The notes under the pieces are model-generated. The model saw only the letters and a program-made list of their open reading frames with translations. It searched no databases and was not told where the DNA came from. A program made the position numbers and the translations under genes. A DNA stretch of 64,000 nucleotides from a virus. The DNA lies in IMG/VR virus record IMGVR_UViG_3300040960_001746; one strand, given 5' to 3'. The stretch's first letter is position 1, and every line of letters begins with the position of its first letter. Below, piece by piece: positions 48,401 to 58,282 of this stretch.

Positions 48401-51026
48401 TAGAGTTGTTTATAATGTCACTATAATTTTTACCGAATAAAATATAATCTATATTTGGGTTATCGTAATTTAACCCAAACTCAATGTCACCTATCTTTGG
48501 TTGTACCCCATCACCTTCTTTTAGTGCGTATGTTATAACACCATCATCCTCAACAACAATATTTTTAAAGAAATCTGTTTTACCTATTAAACTATTAGAC
48601 CCAAATTTATCCCCATCATTTTTTACCCTATCGATTATTTTATTGATAACTAAAACTGTTTGATTATTTACTTTTACGGATTCAAAAGCGTTAATTGCAT
48701 CAAATTTCGCATAATCACTAAATAAACCACCTGTAGTTGTATCAAAATTAGAATAATTTTGCCATAACGCAATTCTAGTTAACATTTGTTGTGTAAAATA
48801 TTCAATGATTTCTTTTTCTGTATTTAAAAATCTCAAATTTAAAAATGGATTAACATCATAATCCATAGGATTAATAGGAAACCAATTATCTGTATCAGTA
48901 CCATTATTTAATACACTAGTTTTAGTAATTTGTTGTAGTTCTTCTCTTTTTGATATGAAATTATCGAATACCCTTTCAACAAAATCATATTCAGGGAATT
49001 TATTTCTAGTGACACCTCTTACATCACCAATATAGATTTCTTTTTGCGCTTCTCCATCACTACTACTATAGAAAGAAGGCCAAGCAATAGATTTATTATT
49101 GTCTGACAAATTATTTAACAATGTATCAGGTATATCGGTTTGTTGTCTCTTAATTATATTATTTCTTTGTGAACCTAAATTTTCACTAGATTTAGTTATT
49201 TCATAAATCGTTTCAACCATTGCTTGTGTGTTATTGGATAACACTTCAAAACAAGTTTTTATTGTGGGTTTAAATTCATTTTCAGAATCATTAGATTTAT
49301 TAAATAATTTTTCGTTTAAGTCTTCTTGTACAATTTGTTGTTGTGATTTTATAATACTTTCTAAAGATTGTATTTCATTTTCAAGTTTTTCTCTAATTTC
49401 TCTAAAATCTGCAACTACTACAACTGTCTCTGGTAACATATTGTTATTAAAATATGTATTTTCACCAACTACAGTTTTAAAATTATTTATATCGAAATTA
49501 GTATTTACACTGTTACCGTCTTCATAATTTTTTTTCAAGTATATTTCATTCGTTGGTGTTGTCATATAGGATAATACCCTTTCTAATGAAAATCTTTGAT
49601 CTAAAATCAATTTATCGTTTGGTTTTTGGGAGTCAATTACAAAATTTTTCCAGTTATCTTCACTATTCTCAACTATATTAAATAACCCAATAAATTCTTT
49701 GTCTTTTGGCGTATCTAAATAATTAATAACACTATTTATCTTATTACCTAATTTACCTTGATTTTTGTCACCTACTACCTTCTTAAGATTAGTTAAACTG
49801 TCTGTATTAGTATATTGTTGGTTTCTATCGTCAGTAATATATTCATTATATTTAGTAACAATATCATTTAATGTGTTAATATAATTTTTAAAATTACCAA
49901 TAGATATACTATTAATTAAAAGATAATCCCTAATAGAAAAATAGTTAGTCCTATTAATTAATAAACTATCATTTATCCCACTAGTATCTATTTCTGTTCT
50001 ACTATTATTTATTTTTAGATAATCTTTAGTTGTTCCATCGACATTAGATTGATCGGTTGAATCAGACTCTTTGGTTATCGGTGTACCTATAAATGATTGT
50101 AATTCTTTTAGTATACTTTTTTTACCATTTAAGAATTTTAATGTTTTAAATGTATCTAAATCATCTTTTAGTGATTCTGACTCTACTTTAAGTTTTGATA
50201 TTCTTGTAAAGAAATCATCTAATTTTCTTATATTTAATTTACCTACCCTTTGTAATTCTTCTAAACTTTTACCTTCACCATTAGAACTTAAACCAAAACC
50301 ATTATTAGTCCTATTATAAATTTCATTTAATTTATTATATCCCTCTTTTGTATTAATAACACCAACAATATTTCCAATTACCATATCATTAAGAAACGCT
50401 TGTTGGAAACCTAAAAAGTTTGCACTTATATCAAAATTACCAGTAGCACCATCAAATTGAGAATTCCAATTAGTCATATGTAGACAGTAATCTACCTTTT
50501 GCCCGAAATAACCTTTAACTGAGAGTTGGAAAACAGGGTAAGGCATTTTAAAAAATATAGAGTATGGTGATTTAATATCATCATTACCTAAAACATCAAA
50601 CAATGCACTACCTCTTACATCTGTAAATGTTATATCCACTACAGGTACTAAACTAGCACTATACTTTATATTAATAGATTTAATACCAAAACCTTCTAAT
50701 ATACCAGAACTTCTAGTATCTTCACCTTTAAACCCACTTATATTTGTCCAATCAGTAGTTGCATATGTTTGTTGTGGGTTAGGATCTAACTTACCTTCAT
50801 TGTTATATCTTATTTTTGTTGATATAAAGTTAACCTCATCCTCAACACCTCTAGTCGTAAAACCTTCTCCATTATATGTTACCCTATTTCTAGGGTATGC
50901 AGAAAATTTAACATATATAAACATATCTTCAGGTGGTATAATATCATTTTGTATTGGATTTGGATCTACAACGAATACCTTACCTTTACCATTACCACTA
51001 CCAATTTCTTCTACGTTTTCTGCCAT
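45459..51026 (-). CDS. Giant baseplate hub protein (gp27/GpD-like) with a degenerate C-terminal GH19-like domain
   Basis: FGIKSINIKY..V.ITF.D at the N-terminus; YTCQVDALG...IQP..YF.L.NVP.FNGAYLITSVSHSI hub barrel; GDEYMYRPVGFLYMIGRKQY near the C-terminus. Confidence 0.65.
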   Translation of the reverse strand: MAENVEEIGSGNGKGKVFVVDPNPIQNDIIPPEDMFIYVKFSAYPRNRVTYNGEGFTTRGVEDEVNFISTKIRYNNEGKLDPNPQQTYATTDWTNISGFKGEDTRSSGILEGFGIKSINIKYSASLVPVVDITFTDVRGSALFDVLGNDDIKSPYSIFFKMPYPVFQLSVKGYFGQKVDYCLHMTNWNSQFDGATGNFDISANFLGFQQAFLNDMVIGNIVGVINTKEGYNKLNEIYNRTNNGFGLSSNGEGKSLEELQRVGKLNIRKLDDFFTRISKLKVESESLKDDLDTFKTLKFLNGKKSILKELQSFIGTPITKESDSTDQSNVDGTTKDYLKINNSRTEIDTSGINDSLLINRTNYFSIRDYLLINSISIGNFKNYINTLNDIVTKYNEYITDDRNQQYTNTDSLTNLKKVVGDKNQGKLGNKINSVINYLDTPKDKEFIGLFNIVENSEDNWKNFVIDSQKPNDKLILDQRFSLERVLSYMTTPTNEIYLKKNYEDGNSVNTNFDINNFKTVVGENTYFNNNMLPETVVVVADFREIREKLENEIQSLESIIKSQQQIVQEDLNEKLFNKSNDSENEFKPTIKTCFEVLSNNTQAMVETIYEITKSSENLGSQRNNIIKRQQTDIPDTLLNNLSDNNKSIAWPSFYSSSDGEAQKEIYIGDVRGVTRNKFPEYDFVERVFDNFISKREELQQITKTSVLNNGTDTDNWFPINPMDYDVNPFLNLRFLNTEKEIIEYFTQQMLTRIALWQNYSNFDTTTGGLFSDYAKFDAINAFESVKVNNQTVLVINKIIDRVKNDGDKFGSNSLIGKTDFFKNIVVEDDGVITYALKEGDGVQPKIGDIEFGLNYDNPNIDYILFGKNYSDIINNSSKLWDSIRQSTEYSKFFPEDESKFTKKEYEGDLIYETKYVSSNNLYTNNIYNVWDESIGNNLLKSSNTASDLNTKNVKITKFENVKLVNIDVKSSTGDTTGKYLNKTYFSDDTETEYEETFTGNDFYAQQNIFGRGYLLLSTIPYRDFKKGFINSLFPNDKFVGARIVKLPELYVYYLGSLLWRYKENTDPLVWTNYTNFETGKDNYPTKISYYKSKESKDIPLEDELINLPISVKNALINKFKDWVKLNFNSTQTGKFESELDNYVSDTPTDIGSTESYLIERLTKTTELIILNPNIFDKNRKNKLFITINNIDEYINKFSELFSKKSNDNSDTSGNNVEEEKQKLSEKNKKEIKLQIYNYFKNINDKWVSDTEKSFNVCGGGDRDLIQYFKFIDRGWRDIGGDATINLNSFLSLGNNQDTSVYFFMSKLLRDSNFLFQILPSYINYKESTEVAKMFRPFTTLESPDSSGPVYCCIYVGGASQVLDIKETNNYYFNNDGYAFKNGELPPDMVDTNKASDIEDDFSLVAFRVAFGAQNQTIFKNVSLNQQEHKETGEYFRALSDLIDKRGATQKTYQGTDLLRLFKTRSYTCQVDALGCMNIQPLMYFDLQNVPFFNGAYLITSVSHSITPNHMTTNFQGVRQSKYISPPTTSITADIDIDLNATNEIPKIEFTNLNNTNQIYSIGVNSELAGLEFEVGQITIETLNGIGVPKTVTDNLNNDDIEFIKTTINGSTNADVAMFFANALANSNNFQDEDFNWSNDEFSDNELKYPNNVEFSGETKAYQESSNIISDSSNKYFTYTPTTTATTTSFENSEIAYFYQGSTPPSLIEFNKVEFDNEGKIITKLDTLKYYNIFQGDEYMYRPVGFLYMIGRKQYFDLFGEEAINSPQSYTQSTFQRKFEITYKVWKNIKDENDYTGSDYTKNKVGGRLGSFTSFNQSRLASQQFKPKSIEESAKVFQKVLNKFTYEGEPLIDFFNP

Positions 51027-51039
51027 AAAAAACTATTTT

Positions 51040-51363
51040 TTAAATACCATATAAAGTTTTATATTCTTCTACTTTATCTATGTATTCTTGTAAACTATCT
51101 CTAAATGGAAAGGGTACTACAATAATTTCGTCATCAGGAATATTTTCTTCTACACCACCATATTGTGGGTTTGCCAATAAAATTAACCACCCATGATATG
51201 GATTATCATAGTATATTTGACTTAGTTTATCTAATCTACTAAATTGAGATCTATAAACAACAGTTTTATCTGTAGGTTTAGTATCTAATTTTATAAACGG
51301 TAATGGTTTATATGACCCATTAACTTTAAATTTTTGATATCTATCGTAATATTCTTTTCCCAT
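51040..51363 (-). CDS. Baseplate wedge protein, gp53/LysM-like
   Basis: RLDKLSQIYYDNP..GWLILLANP...I.VP. Confidence 0.8.
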   Translation of the reverse strand: MGKEYYDRYQKFKVNGSYKPLPFIKLDTKPTDKTVVYRSQFSRLDKLSQIYYDNPYHGWLILLANPQYGGVEENIPDDEIIVVPFPFRDSLQEYIDKVEEYKTLYGI

Positions 51364-51368
51364 CTATA

Positions 51369-54300
51369 TTAAGTTAACCCCTGACTTGTTATTGTAAACG
51401 TTTTAACTTTTCTAGTTTTACTTTTATTTTCAGTTAAAAACGCAGTAACTTTAATACTATCTTTTTTACCTTTTTTATATTCTTTTAAATCTTTTTCTTT
51501 TTCATTAAAATCTTTTTGTGCGTTTTCATATGCATCTTTATAATCTTTTGTTTTAAATGTTTTGAAATTCGTTTTTGCGGTTTCTAATGTTTGTGATGCA
51601 TCTGAAAGAGAATTTTCTAATTCTTCTAACTCATCAGGATTAACTAAATTATTAGACTCAAAATCTACATTTATATCAACAGTACTATCCGATGTTCCAT
51701 TAACATTATTTAATGTTTCATCTAAATTATTAAATTTATACCCTAATTTATTAGAAGGGTTAGGATCACTACCTTTAACAATCACATCTTTAGGTTCTTT
51801 TCCATCTTTAGTTTTAATAGTTATTTTTGATTTCCCATCACTTATTATTTCCAAAAGATCATCTCCATTACCATCTGCATCATCTGAATTGTTTTCCGCA
51901 TCTTTTTCTTGTTTTACTGTACCCTCATTTTTCAAATCTTCAACTAACTGATTCAATCCTGCTTCCCCTAAAATATCTTTTCTTATCTCACTTAATTTAA
52001 TACCATCATTTAATTTACCATCCTGTATGTAATCTGCCCTCGGTTCATATATTTCAGTATTTGCATAGTAGTTAAATGAAACTGCATTCTGTAATCTATT
52101 AATCGGACCTTCCAAAGAATGTCCACCAATTAAATCAATAGATAATTGTACAGATGCTATCATAGGTTGTACCCCAATACCTTCGGGATTCAAATCAAAT
52201 TGCGGCCCATCATAAGTTATAGATAAACTATTTATTTTAATTTTAGTGTGAAAGAAATCACCAATTCTGAGAATACATATTGGTGGTCTACCAAATGCTA
52301 AATTCTGAGGTTGTATATCTGAACCCTTATCATATATACTTGGTCCTTGTCTCATACATTGATTAAGGAATGTTAATCTACTATTTAAACCTTCAGGTGT
52401 TATACTATGAAATCCTGGTTGGAAATATTTAATCTTTTCAGAAATAGTTTTAAAGTAGTTTGGGTAATTTCCATCTATAAAATCAAAATACGCACTTTCA
52501 TCAATTAACAAACTATCTATAGCTTTAACTTCTTCAGGGTCATAAGTACCTGCTGCATTTTGTTTTTCTTCTTCTTTAGGTTCTACAGATTTAGAATTAT
52601 CGGGATCGTTTTCCCATGTAACTTCTACTATTTCTGCGTTACCTACAACTCCATTTGTTACGTATTTTATATTTTTAGTACCTATTTCTGATATTAAGTT
52701 ACTTTTTATTAAATCCGCCCTTTCTTTGGCAATTTTTTTCGATTCACTAGAATAACCATCTATAGTTATCTTGATTTCTGGGTCAGAAGAAGTTAATTGT
52801 TCTTTTAAGAATTCTTCAATTTCACTTAATATTTTATCAAGATCAGACACATTATATTCTTTGTCACTCGGTTCACATTCACTATTATCAGTAGGGCATA
52901 TATAATTTATAGTTCCCTCAGATTGTTTTTTTTCTAAGTTAGTAACCTTTTGTGATTTCTTTTCTTTAAGTTTTTTAAGGATTTCTTCTTTTGTCGATTG
53001 TGATACTGTAGAATCTAAAGACCTTAAAAAATCTTCAGGTGTAACACAACCCGCCATAAAACGTTCAATAAGATTATTACTTTTACCTCTATACCCATTA
53101 ATAACTCTTGGGTGATCGACTAATATTTTAAATGATAACGATGCACTTCTAGTTGTATTATTGTATGTATAAACAGGTTCACTTCTACCAATAAACTCAG
53201 TAGATGTCCAATTCGCATTTGAGTTCTCATCAAAGGTTAACCCATAAGGTGGGAACCACATTATTCTACCTTTATTACCACTCAAAACATCACCCGGTCC
53301 AATTTCACTAATAGGTAAATCCGCCAAATTATCCGCCCACGCTAAATTTTCTATTGAAAACATAAATTTCTTTCTAGTAGTAGTAGAGTCTAATTTAGTT
53401 GGGTGGTACTTTGGGATACCACTATCTAAAAGGACACTTTTTTCTTTTTCTGTTGTATCAGTAGAAAAACCATTAAGTCCTTCGGGTGATGTAAATAACC
53501 CAGTATTCCTTATTGCCCTTAGATAATTATATCTATCATTAACAGTCCATACTCTACAATAATTACCATTAGATTCCGCATCAATTAATAATGATTCACT
53601 AATTGCATTACCTCTACTAATTAATCTATTTTGTTTTTTATCTTTAAAGAATTTTTTAGTTTGATTTATATATACACTATCTTGGTTATTATCAACCAAT
53701 TGTTGTGTTTTATATAATAACGTTTTTTCATTAAAGTTTTGTTCACCACCAGTAGTCCAAAAGAATTTATTTGGTTCACCAAAGGGTTCTGAAATTCCCT
53801 CAATGGATGTTCTTTGTCCATTTCCCGTTGTGTCTACCTCACCATTGAAATCTGAACTATCAAAAGTTTTTGTTACTAATGCACCCCTATTAGTATTTTT
53901 TTCAGTACCAATATAATATCTACCATTAGTACCTTCATCTGATGTCCCAACAAATCTACTATCTTCATATAAAGGTCTATAAGGATTTCTATTTAATAAT
54001 TCAAATGCGAACTTAACCTGATCGATACCAGTTCTACTTAATAAAGTTTTCATTCTGATTTCAGTACCCATTGTTGGTTCTACACCTTCACCTTCATCAG
54101 TTGATCCACCATTTATTTTAGTACTAGTATTATATTCATTCCACCCAATCGCATCATTTGGTAAAGTATTAAAGAATTGGTTATTTCCTCTTAAGGTATC
54201 AACATAGTTATCTTTAACATTACCAACAGGTTCTGTAATACTAACAGTTTGATCAGTTTCAACTTGTGATATTTTATCAACAATTGTTTTTTCCAATTGT

Positions 54301-54827
54301 TGACCACCAACAAGTCCCAAAGAACTTTCTTTTTGGAAATTTAATGATTTATATTTATCAATTACATTAAATGGAAATGCAACACCTTTCTTATCACCTT
54401 TATTAATTAAATCATATCTTTCTGATGAATATGATATTGGATAAGGATTCTTTTCCTTTTCACCAAATTCCTCAGGTTGTGGTTTAGGTAATGTAGGTGG
54501 AATTGTTAATTCATAAGTAACATAATTATCATCTTGTGGAACATAAGGATTTAAATTAACATTTTGTGTAGTTCTAAAAAATGTTCCCAATCCAAACATT
54601 CTTTCATCCTCATTGTAGTGAACAGGTATATTCTCATCTCCTGTACCAAATATAGGTACATTAATAACTTTACCAATATCATCTAATTTAGATACTAATC
54701 CAGATTGTGTTAATGTTTCATTAACGGGTGGTGGTAAATTTCTACCAAGTAAATTATCTCTAAACTGTTGTGTTGATAATATACCTTGTTGATAAAATAT
54801 TCCTTGATGGTCTAATATTCCTGCCAT
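51369..54827 (-). CDS. Tail tube initiator / baseplate protein with an OmpA-like remnant
   Basis: W....IGRSEPVYTY.NT.R..SLSF and PPICILRIGDF....I.SLSITY tube-initiator motifs; ITIDGYSS..K.A.ERA. Confidence 0.65.
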   Translation of the reverse strand: MAGILDHQGIFYQQGILSTQQFRDNLLGRNLPPPVNETLTQSGLVSKLDDIGKVINVPIFGTGDENIPVHYNEDERMFGLGTFFRTTQNVNLNPYVPQDDNYVTYELTIPPTLPKPQPEEFGEKEKNPYPISYSSERYDLINKGDKKGVAFPFNVIDKYKSLNFQKESSLGLVGGQQLEKTIVDKISQVETDQTVSITEPVGNVKDNYVDTLRGNNQFFNTLPNDAIGWNEYNTSTKINGGSTDEGEGVEPTMGTEIRMKTLLSRTGIDQVKFAFELLNRNPYRPLYEDSRFVGTSDEGTNGRYYIGTEKNTNRGALVTKTFDSSDFNGEVDTTGNGQRTSIEGISEPFGEPNKFFWTTGGEQNFNEKTLLYKTQQLVDNNQDSVYINQTKKFFKDKKQNRLISRGNAISESLLIDAESNGNYCRVWTVNDRYNYLRAIRNTGLFTSPEGLNGFSTDTTEKEKSVLLDSGIPKYHPTKLDSTTTRKKFMFSIENLAWADNLADLPISEIGPGDVLSGNKGRIMWFPPYGLTFDENSNANWTSTEFIGRSEPVYTYNNTTRSASLSFKILVDHPRVINGYRGKSNNLIERFMAGCVTPEDFLRSLDSTVSQSTKEEILKKLKEKKSQKVTNLEKKQSEGTINYICPTDNSECEPSDKEYNVSDLDKILSEIEEFLKEQLTSSDPEIKITIDGYSSESKKIAKERADLIKSNLISEIGTKNIKYVTNGVVGNAEIVEVTWENDPDNSKSVEPKEEEKQNAAGTYDPEEVKAIDSLLIDESAYFDFIDGNYPNYFKTISEKIKYFQPGFHSITPEGLNSRLTFLNQCMRQGPSIYDKGSDIQPQNLAFGRPPICILRIGDFFHTKIKINSLSITYDGPQFDLNPEGIGVQPMIASVQLSIDLIGGHSLEGPINRLQNAVSFNYYANTEIYEPRADYIQDGKLNDGIKLSEIRKDILGEAGLNQLVEDLKNEGTVKQEKDAENNSDDADGNGDDLLEIISDGKSKITIKTKDGKEPKDVIVKGSDPNPSNKLGYKFNNLDETLNNVNGTSDSTVDINVDFESNNLVNPDELEELENSLSDASQTLETAKTNFKTFKTKDYKDAYENAQKDFNEKEKDLKEYKKGKKDSIKVTAFLTENKSKTRKVKTFTITSQGLT

Positions 54828-54958
54828 ATATAATAATTTCTTATTATATAAATATTACATCAATAAAATTCAGGAAAATTAAATAATAATTATTATACTT
54901 GTTTTTATTATTATTTATTTGAAACTTGTATAATTTCTTGTTTATACTGGTCCTTGTA

Positions 54959-54987
54959 ATAATAAGGAATTTTTATTGGAAAGTCAA
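54959..54987 (-). promoter_or_regulatory. Sigma70-like promoter
   Basis: TTGACT, 17-nt spacer, TATTAT; shares CTATTGACTTT with the promoter at 43369-43397. Confidence 0.5.
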
Positions 54988-55020
54988 TAGTAAAATGAAA
55001 ATAAATTAAAAAATTTTTAA

Positions 55021-57075
55021 TTAACCCATATAATCTGTTGCCTGTTTACTAGAACTTACACCACCATCTCTGAAAGATCCATTCATATGACTAATAATCA
55101 TTTTTTCAATTTGTGGTTTAATTGTTGACATATCCAAATTCATTGCAGTTCCGTTTGGTGAAACAACTTCTATTCTACCACTAATATTTAAGTTACCAAA
55201 CTCCATACGAGACGGTGTTCCTGAATTATTACCTCCACCTAATAATTTATTAGGATCACCTGCCACTACTAAATCTCTATCGTCTAACGCTAAAGAACCA
55301 AAACTACCTGTCATAACTCTACCATTAGAACCTGGTAAAGATACCATATCTTCTCCCCGCGGAATTAAATCTTCAGTACCACTACCCTCACCTCCCAAAA
55401 GATCCTCTGTCTCAGAAATTTTCTGATTTAAATTCTTAAAAGCGTTTATAGTACCGTCTTTAATTTCTTTACCTAAATCAGACATACTTTTTAAAGTTTC
55501 ATCAATTTTAGAACTACCACTTTTATCATCTAACATTTCCCCTATAAATTGTTCAGATTTATCAATAAATACGTCACCTAATTTACCAATACCTTCTTTC
55601 ATTTTTTGAAGTTGTGGTGCCATTTCATCTGCGGTTAATTCATATATATTGGTTAAACCTGCAACTCTAGCTTTCCCCCCTTCTCTCATATTCTTTATCT
55701 GTTCGGACATTACTTTAGTATTTGTCGCAATATCCCTCAAATTTTCTTCTTGTGTTTGGTTTTCTTTCATAATAGAATCTACCATACCATCAGTAACTTC
55801 GTCTAATCCTAAATCACCAAACTCCTCTGTTTCAATTACAAATCTACCATCTTTAAATTTAGCCATAGACGCTAAACTTTCTTTCATTTCATCATCCCCA
55901 ACAGAAACAAACTCAGTTTTAATTTTAGAAATCTTAGCAGATTGTCTAGACATCTTAACCATATTTTCATAGCTAAGTCCCAATTGATCAGCAGTTGCTT
56001 GTAATTGCATTCTAGCTTCTGCGGGCATATCAAACTCTCCAGTTTCCTCATTAAATTGTAACATATTTTCAGTCATCTCCCCAACTTTCTTAGCTAACTC
56101 TTCTGGTTTGTTTCTAGCTAAATACATTGTCTCAAAAGGATCACCAAATGCTTGTGCTATATCACCACCTAACATTTGTAGATTTGCTGCTGCTTCAATT
56201 GCCGCCTCTGGTTGGTAAAACTTATCTGCCATTCTTAACATTTCCCCAACATCCACTCTCAATTTAACCCCTAATTTAGCCATTTCTGTCATACCTTTAA
56301 CACCACTCGCAAATGAATATCCTTGCATCGTATCAATATTTTGTTGTAAAACACTAATAACTTTAGTGGCGTTTAATCCCATAGCCTGTGCAGATTTATA
56401 TGTTTCTAATATATTTTCTTCTATTTGTTCAGAACTTAAACCCATTAACATAAAGGATTCAGTCATTCTAGCCGCTTCTGCTGCAGACATGTTCATAGAT
56501 TGTGATATTGACCCTACCATAATTGCGTCTTCTGCAGTTAAATTACTAATTCTTCCAGACTGAGAACTTATTTCAGTAAAAATATTTCTTAAGTCACTCA
56601 TTGAACCACCCATTTCCAAAATAGCAGGTAACGAACCTTTAAAACTTTGTTCCATAAACTTAGCACCCGCACCTGTCATACCTATATCAACACCAATCTT
56701 TTTGTATTCTTTAGCCATTTGTTGAGCAAGTGCAAATTGTTTGGAAAAATCACCTAAGAACTTTTTGAATTCATTACCAGCAGCAGAAATTTGAATAAAC
56801 ATTTGTCCTGTGGCAGTACGAGCATCCTTAACATCTTTCATAAGTCTATTAAGTTGCTTTATTTGTTCTTCAGTCTTTTTAATCTCTGAATCACTAATTT
56901 CACTTTTCGCTAATGCCTCTTCTCTTTGAGCTTTTAATAATTTTAGTTGTTTTTCTAAATTATTAACTGTTTCTTTACTTATTTCAATGTTACCAATTTC
57001 TATATCTCTCGCAGTAAGTCGTAATTCATTACGAAGTTTTTCCATTTGTAGGGAAATATCATCAAGTTCTGACAT
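55021..57075 (-). CDS. Tape measure protein
   Basis: Ala/Met/Gln-rich helical protein (AIEAAANLQMLGG, QLQATADQLG), downstream of the chaperone and upstream of hub genes. Confidence 0.75.
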   Translation of the reverse strand: MSELDDISLQMEKLRNELRLTARDIEIGNIEISKETVNNLEKQLKLLKAQREEALAKSEISDSEIKKTEEQIKQLNRLMKDVKDARTATGQMFIQISAAGNEFKKFLGDFSKQFALAQQMAKEYKKIGVDIGMTGAGAKFMEQSFKGSLPAILEMGGSMSDLRNIFTEISSQSGRISNLTAEDAIMVGSISQSMNMSAAEAARMTESFMLMGLSSEQIEENILETYKSAQAMGLNATKVISVLQQNIDTMQGYSFASGVKGMTEMAKLGVKLRVDVGEMLRMADKFYQPEAAIEAAANLQMLGGDIAQAFGDPFETMYLARNKPEELAKKVGEMTENMLQFNEETGEFDMPAEARMQLQATADQLGLSYENMVKMSRQSAKISKIKTEFVSVGDDEMKESLASMAKFKDGRFVIETEEFGDLGLDEVTDGMVDSIMKENQTQEENLRDIATNTKVMSEQIKNMREGGKARVAGLTNIYELTADEMAPQLQKMKEGIGKLGDVFIDKSEQFIGEMLDDKSGSSKIDETLKSMSDLGKEIKDGTINAFKNLNQKISETEDLLGGEGSGTEDLIPRGEDMVSLPGSNGRVMTGSFGSLALDDRDLVVAGDPNKLLGGGNNSGTPSRMEFGNLNISGRIEVVSPNGTAMNLDMSTIKPQIEKMIISHMNGSFRDGGVSSSKQATDYMG

Positions 57076-57080
57076 AATAT

Positions 57081-58238
57081 TTATTTAGGATAACTCATTA
57101 TTTTACCACTCCACTTTCCTTTAGGACTAATAATTTCATCTGTGGATTCATCATATACCGCAAAATATTGATCGGTTTGTGGTTTACCTATTTGTGTAGT
57201 TTCAAATCCCATAATAAAAAACCTACTACCTTTTTTTAATAAAACGGTATTATTTCTTTCATTAAATGTTTTTTGAATTTTGAACTTTTTAAGGTCGTTT
57301 GAACTAAAGAAAGGTGAAGCGGGTGGAGATGCTTTAACAGTACTACCATCCATTCCGATAGTAGTATCAGTAGAAAATTTAATTTCTATATAATCTTGTG
57401 AAGTTATTTTTTCACCAACACTTTTATTCCCACCAACCTTTTTAGTTTCATCATCTAACTTTTTATTATAACCTTTAACATCATATGCTTGTTTTAAAGT
57501 GTTAATCATATCATCCAATAAACTCTCACTTTTTTTATACCAGTCATCTAAAAAAATACAACTTTTTTCAGTTTCTTGTCTATCGTCTTTTTTTCTTAAA
57601 TTTTTACGATATTTTTTATCACAATAATTCCAAGTATTTAATAAATTTTCTTGTATAAATTCTGGTTGATCAACTATAGAAGAAATAAAAACAGTTTTAT
57701 CCATATCACCGTTTTCATCTAACCCATCATCAGTAAATGATAAACAATAACATACACTATGTTCCGCTTTTTTACCATACCTACTAATAAATCGTTTAGC
57801 GTCTATTGCTTTACCTGCAACTCTTTTTATTCTACCCAATGTACGAGGACCATATTTTAAAACTCTACCACCAACTCTAATAGTTGTTCTCCTACCTAAA
57901 ACTAATTGTTCTAATTCTTCCATAGAAACTTCATCTGAAGATAAAATAGACAATAAACCATCCTCATCAGTCGCATCCATATCTAATACTTCAATTTCAA
58001 TTTCATCCCCAACTTTAACTGAAGAGTCATATTCTTTTGCAACACTCAACTCAATATAATATTCATTTTCAGTAGTATTATTAACCTCCCCATCTGCAAT
58101 AACAATAAATTTTTGTTTTTTTGTAGGTACATCACCTTCTATGGGTGAAATTGCAATACCACCTTGTTCTAACAGATAGTCTATTGTTTTATTAATACTT
58201 TCTACTATCTTAAGAAATTTATCATTTTTTTCTAACAT
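57081..58238 (-). CDS. Hypothetical protein containing a NusA-NTD-like segment
   Basis: 385-aa ORF with its own TATTTATA motif (58252-58259); see findings for the NusA-like segment. Confidence 0.7.
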   Translation of the reverse strand: MLEKNDKFLKIVESINKTIDYLLEQGGIAISPIEGDVPTKKQKFIVIADGEVNNTTENEYYIELSVAKEYDSSVKVGDEIEIEVLDMDATDEDGLLSILSSDEVSMEELEQLVLGRRTTIRVGGRVLKYGPRTLGRIKRVAGKAIDAKRFISRYGKKAEHSVCYCLSFTDDGLDENGDMDKTVFISSIVDQPEFIQENLLNTWNYCDKKYRKNLRKKDDRQETEKSCIFLDDWYKKSESLLDDMINTLKQAYDVKGYNKKLDDETKKVGGNKSVGEKITSQDYIEIKFSTDTTIGMDGSTVKASPPASPFFSSNDLKKFKIQKTFNERNNTVLLKKGSRFFIMGFETTQIGKPQTDQYFAVYDESTDEIISPKGKWSGKIMSYPK

Positions 58239-58282
58239 AATATCTTTTTTATATAAATATTAAGATATTAGTAAAATAACAA

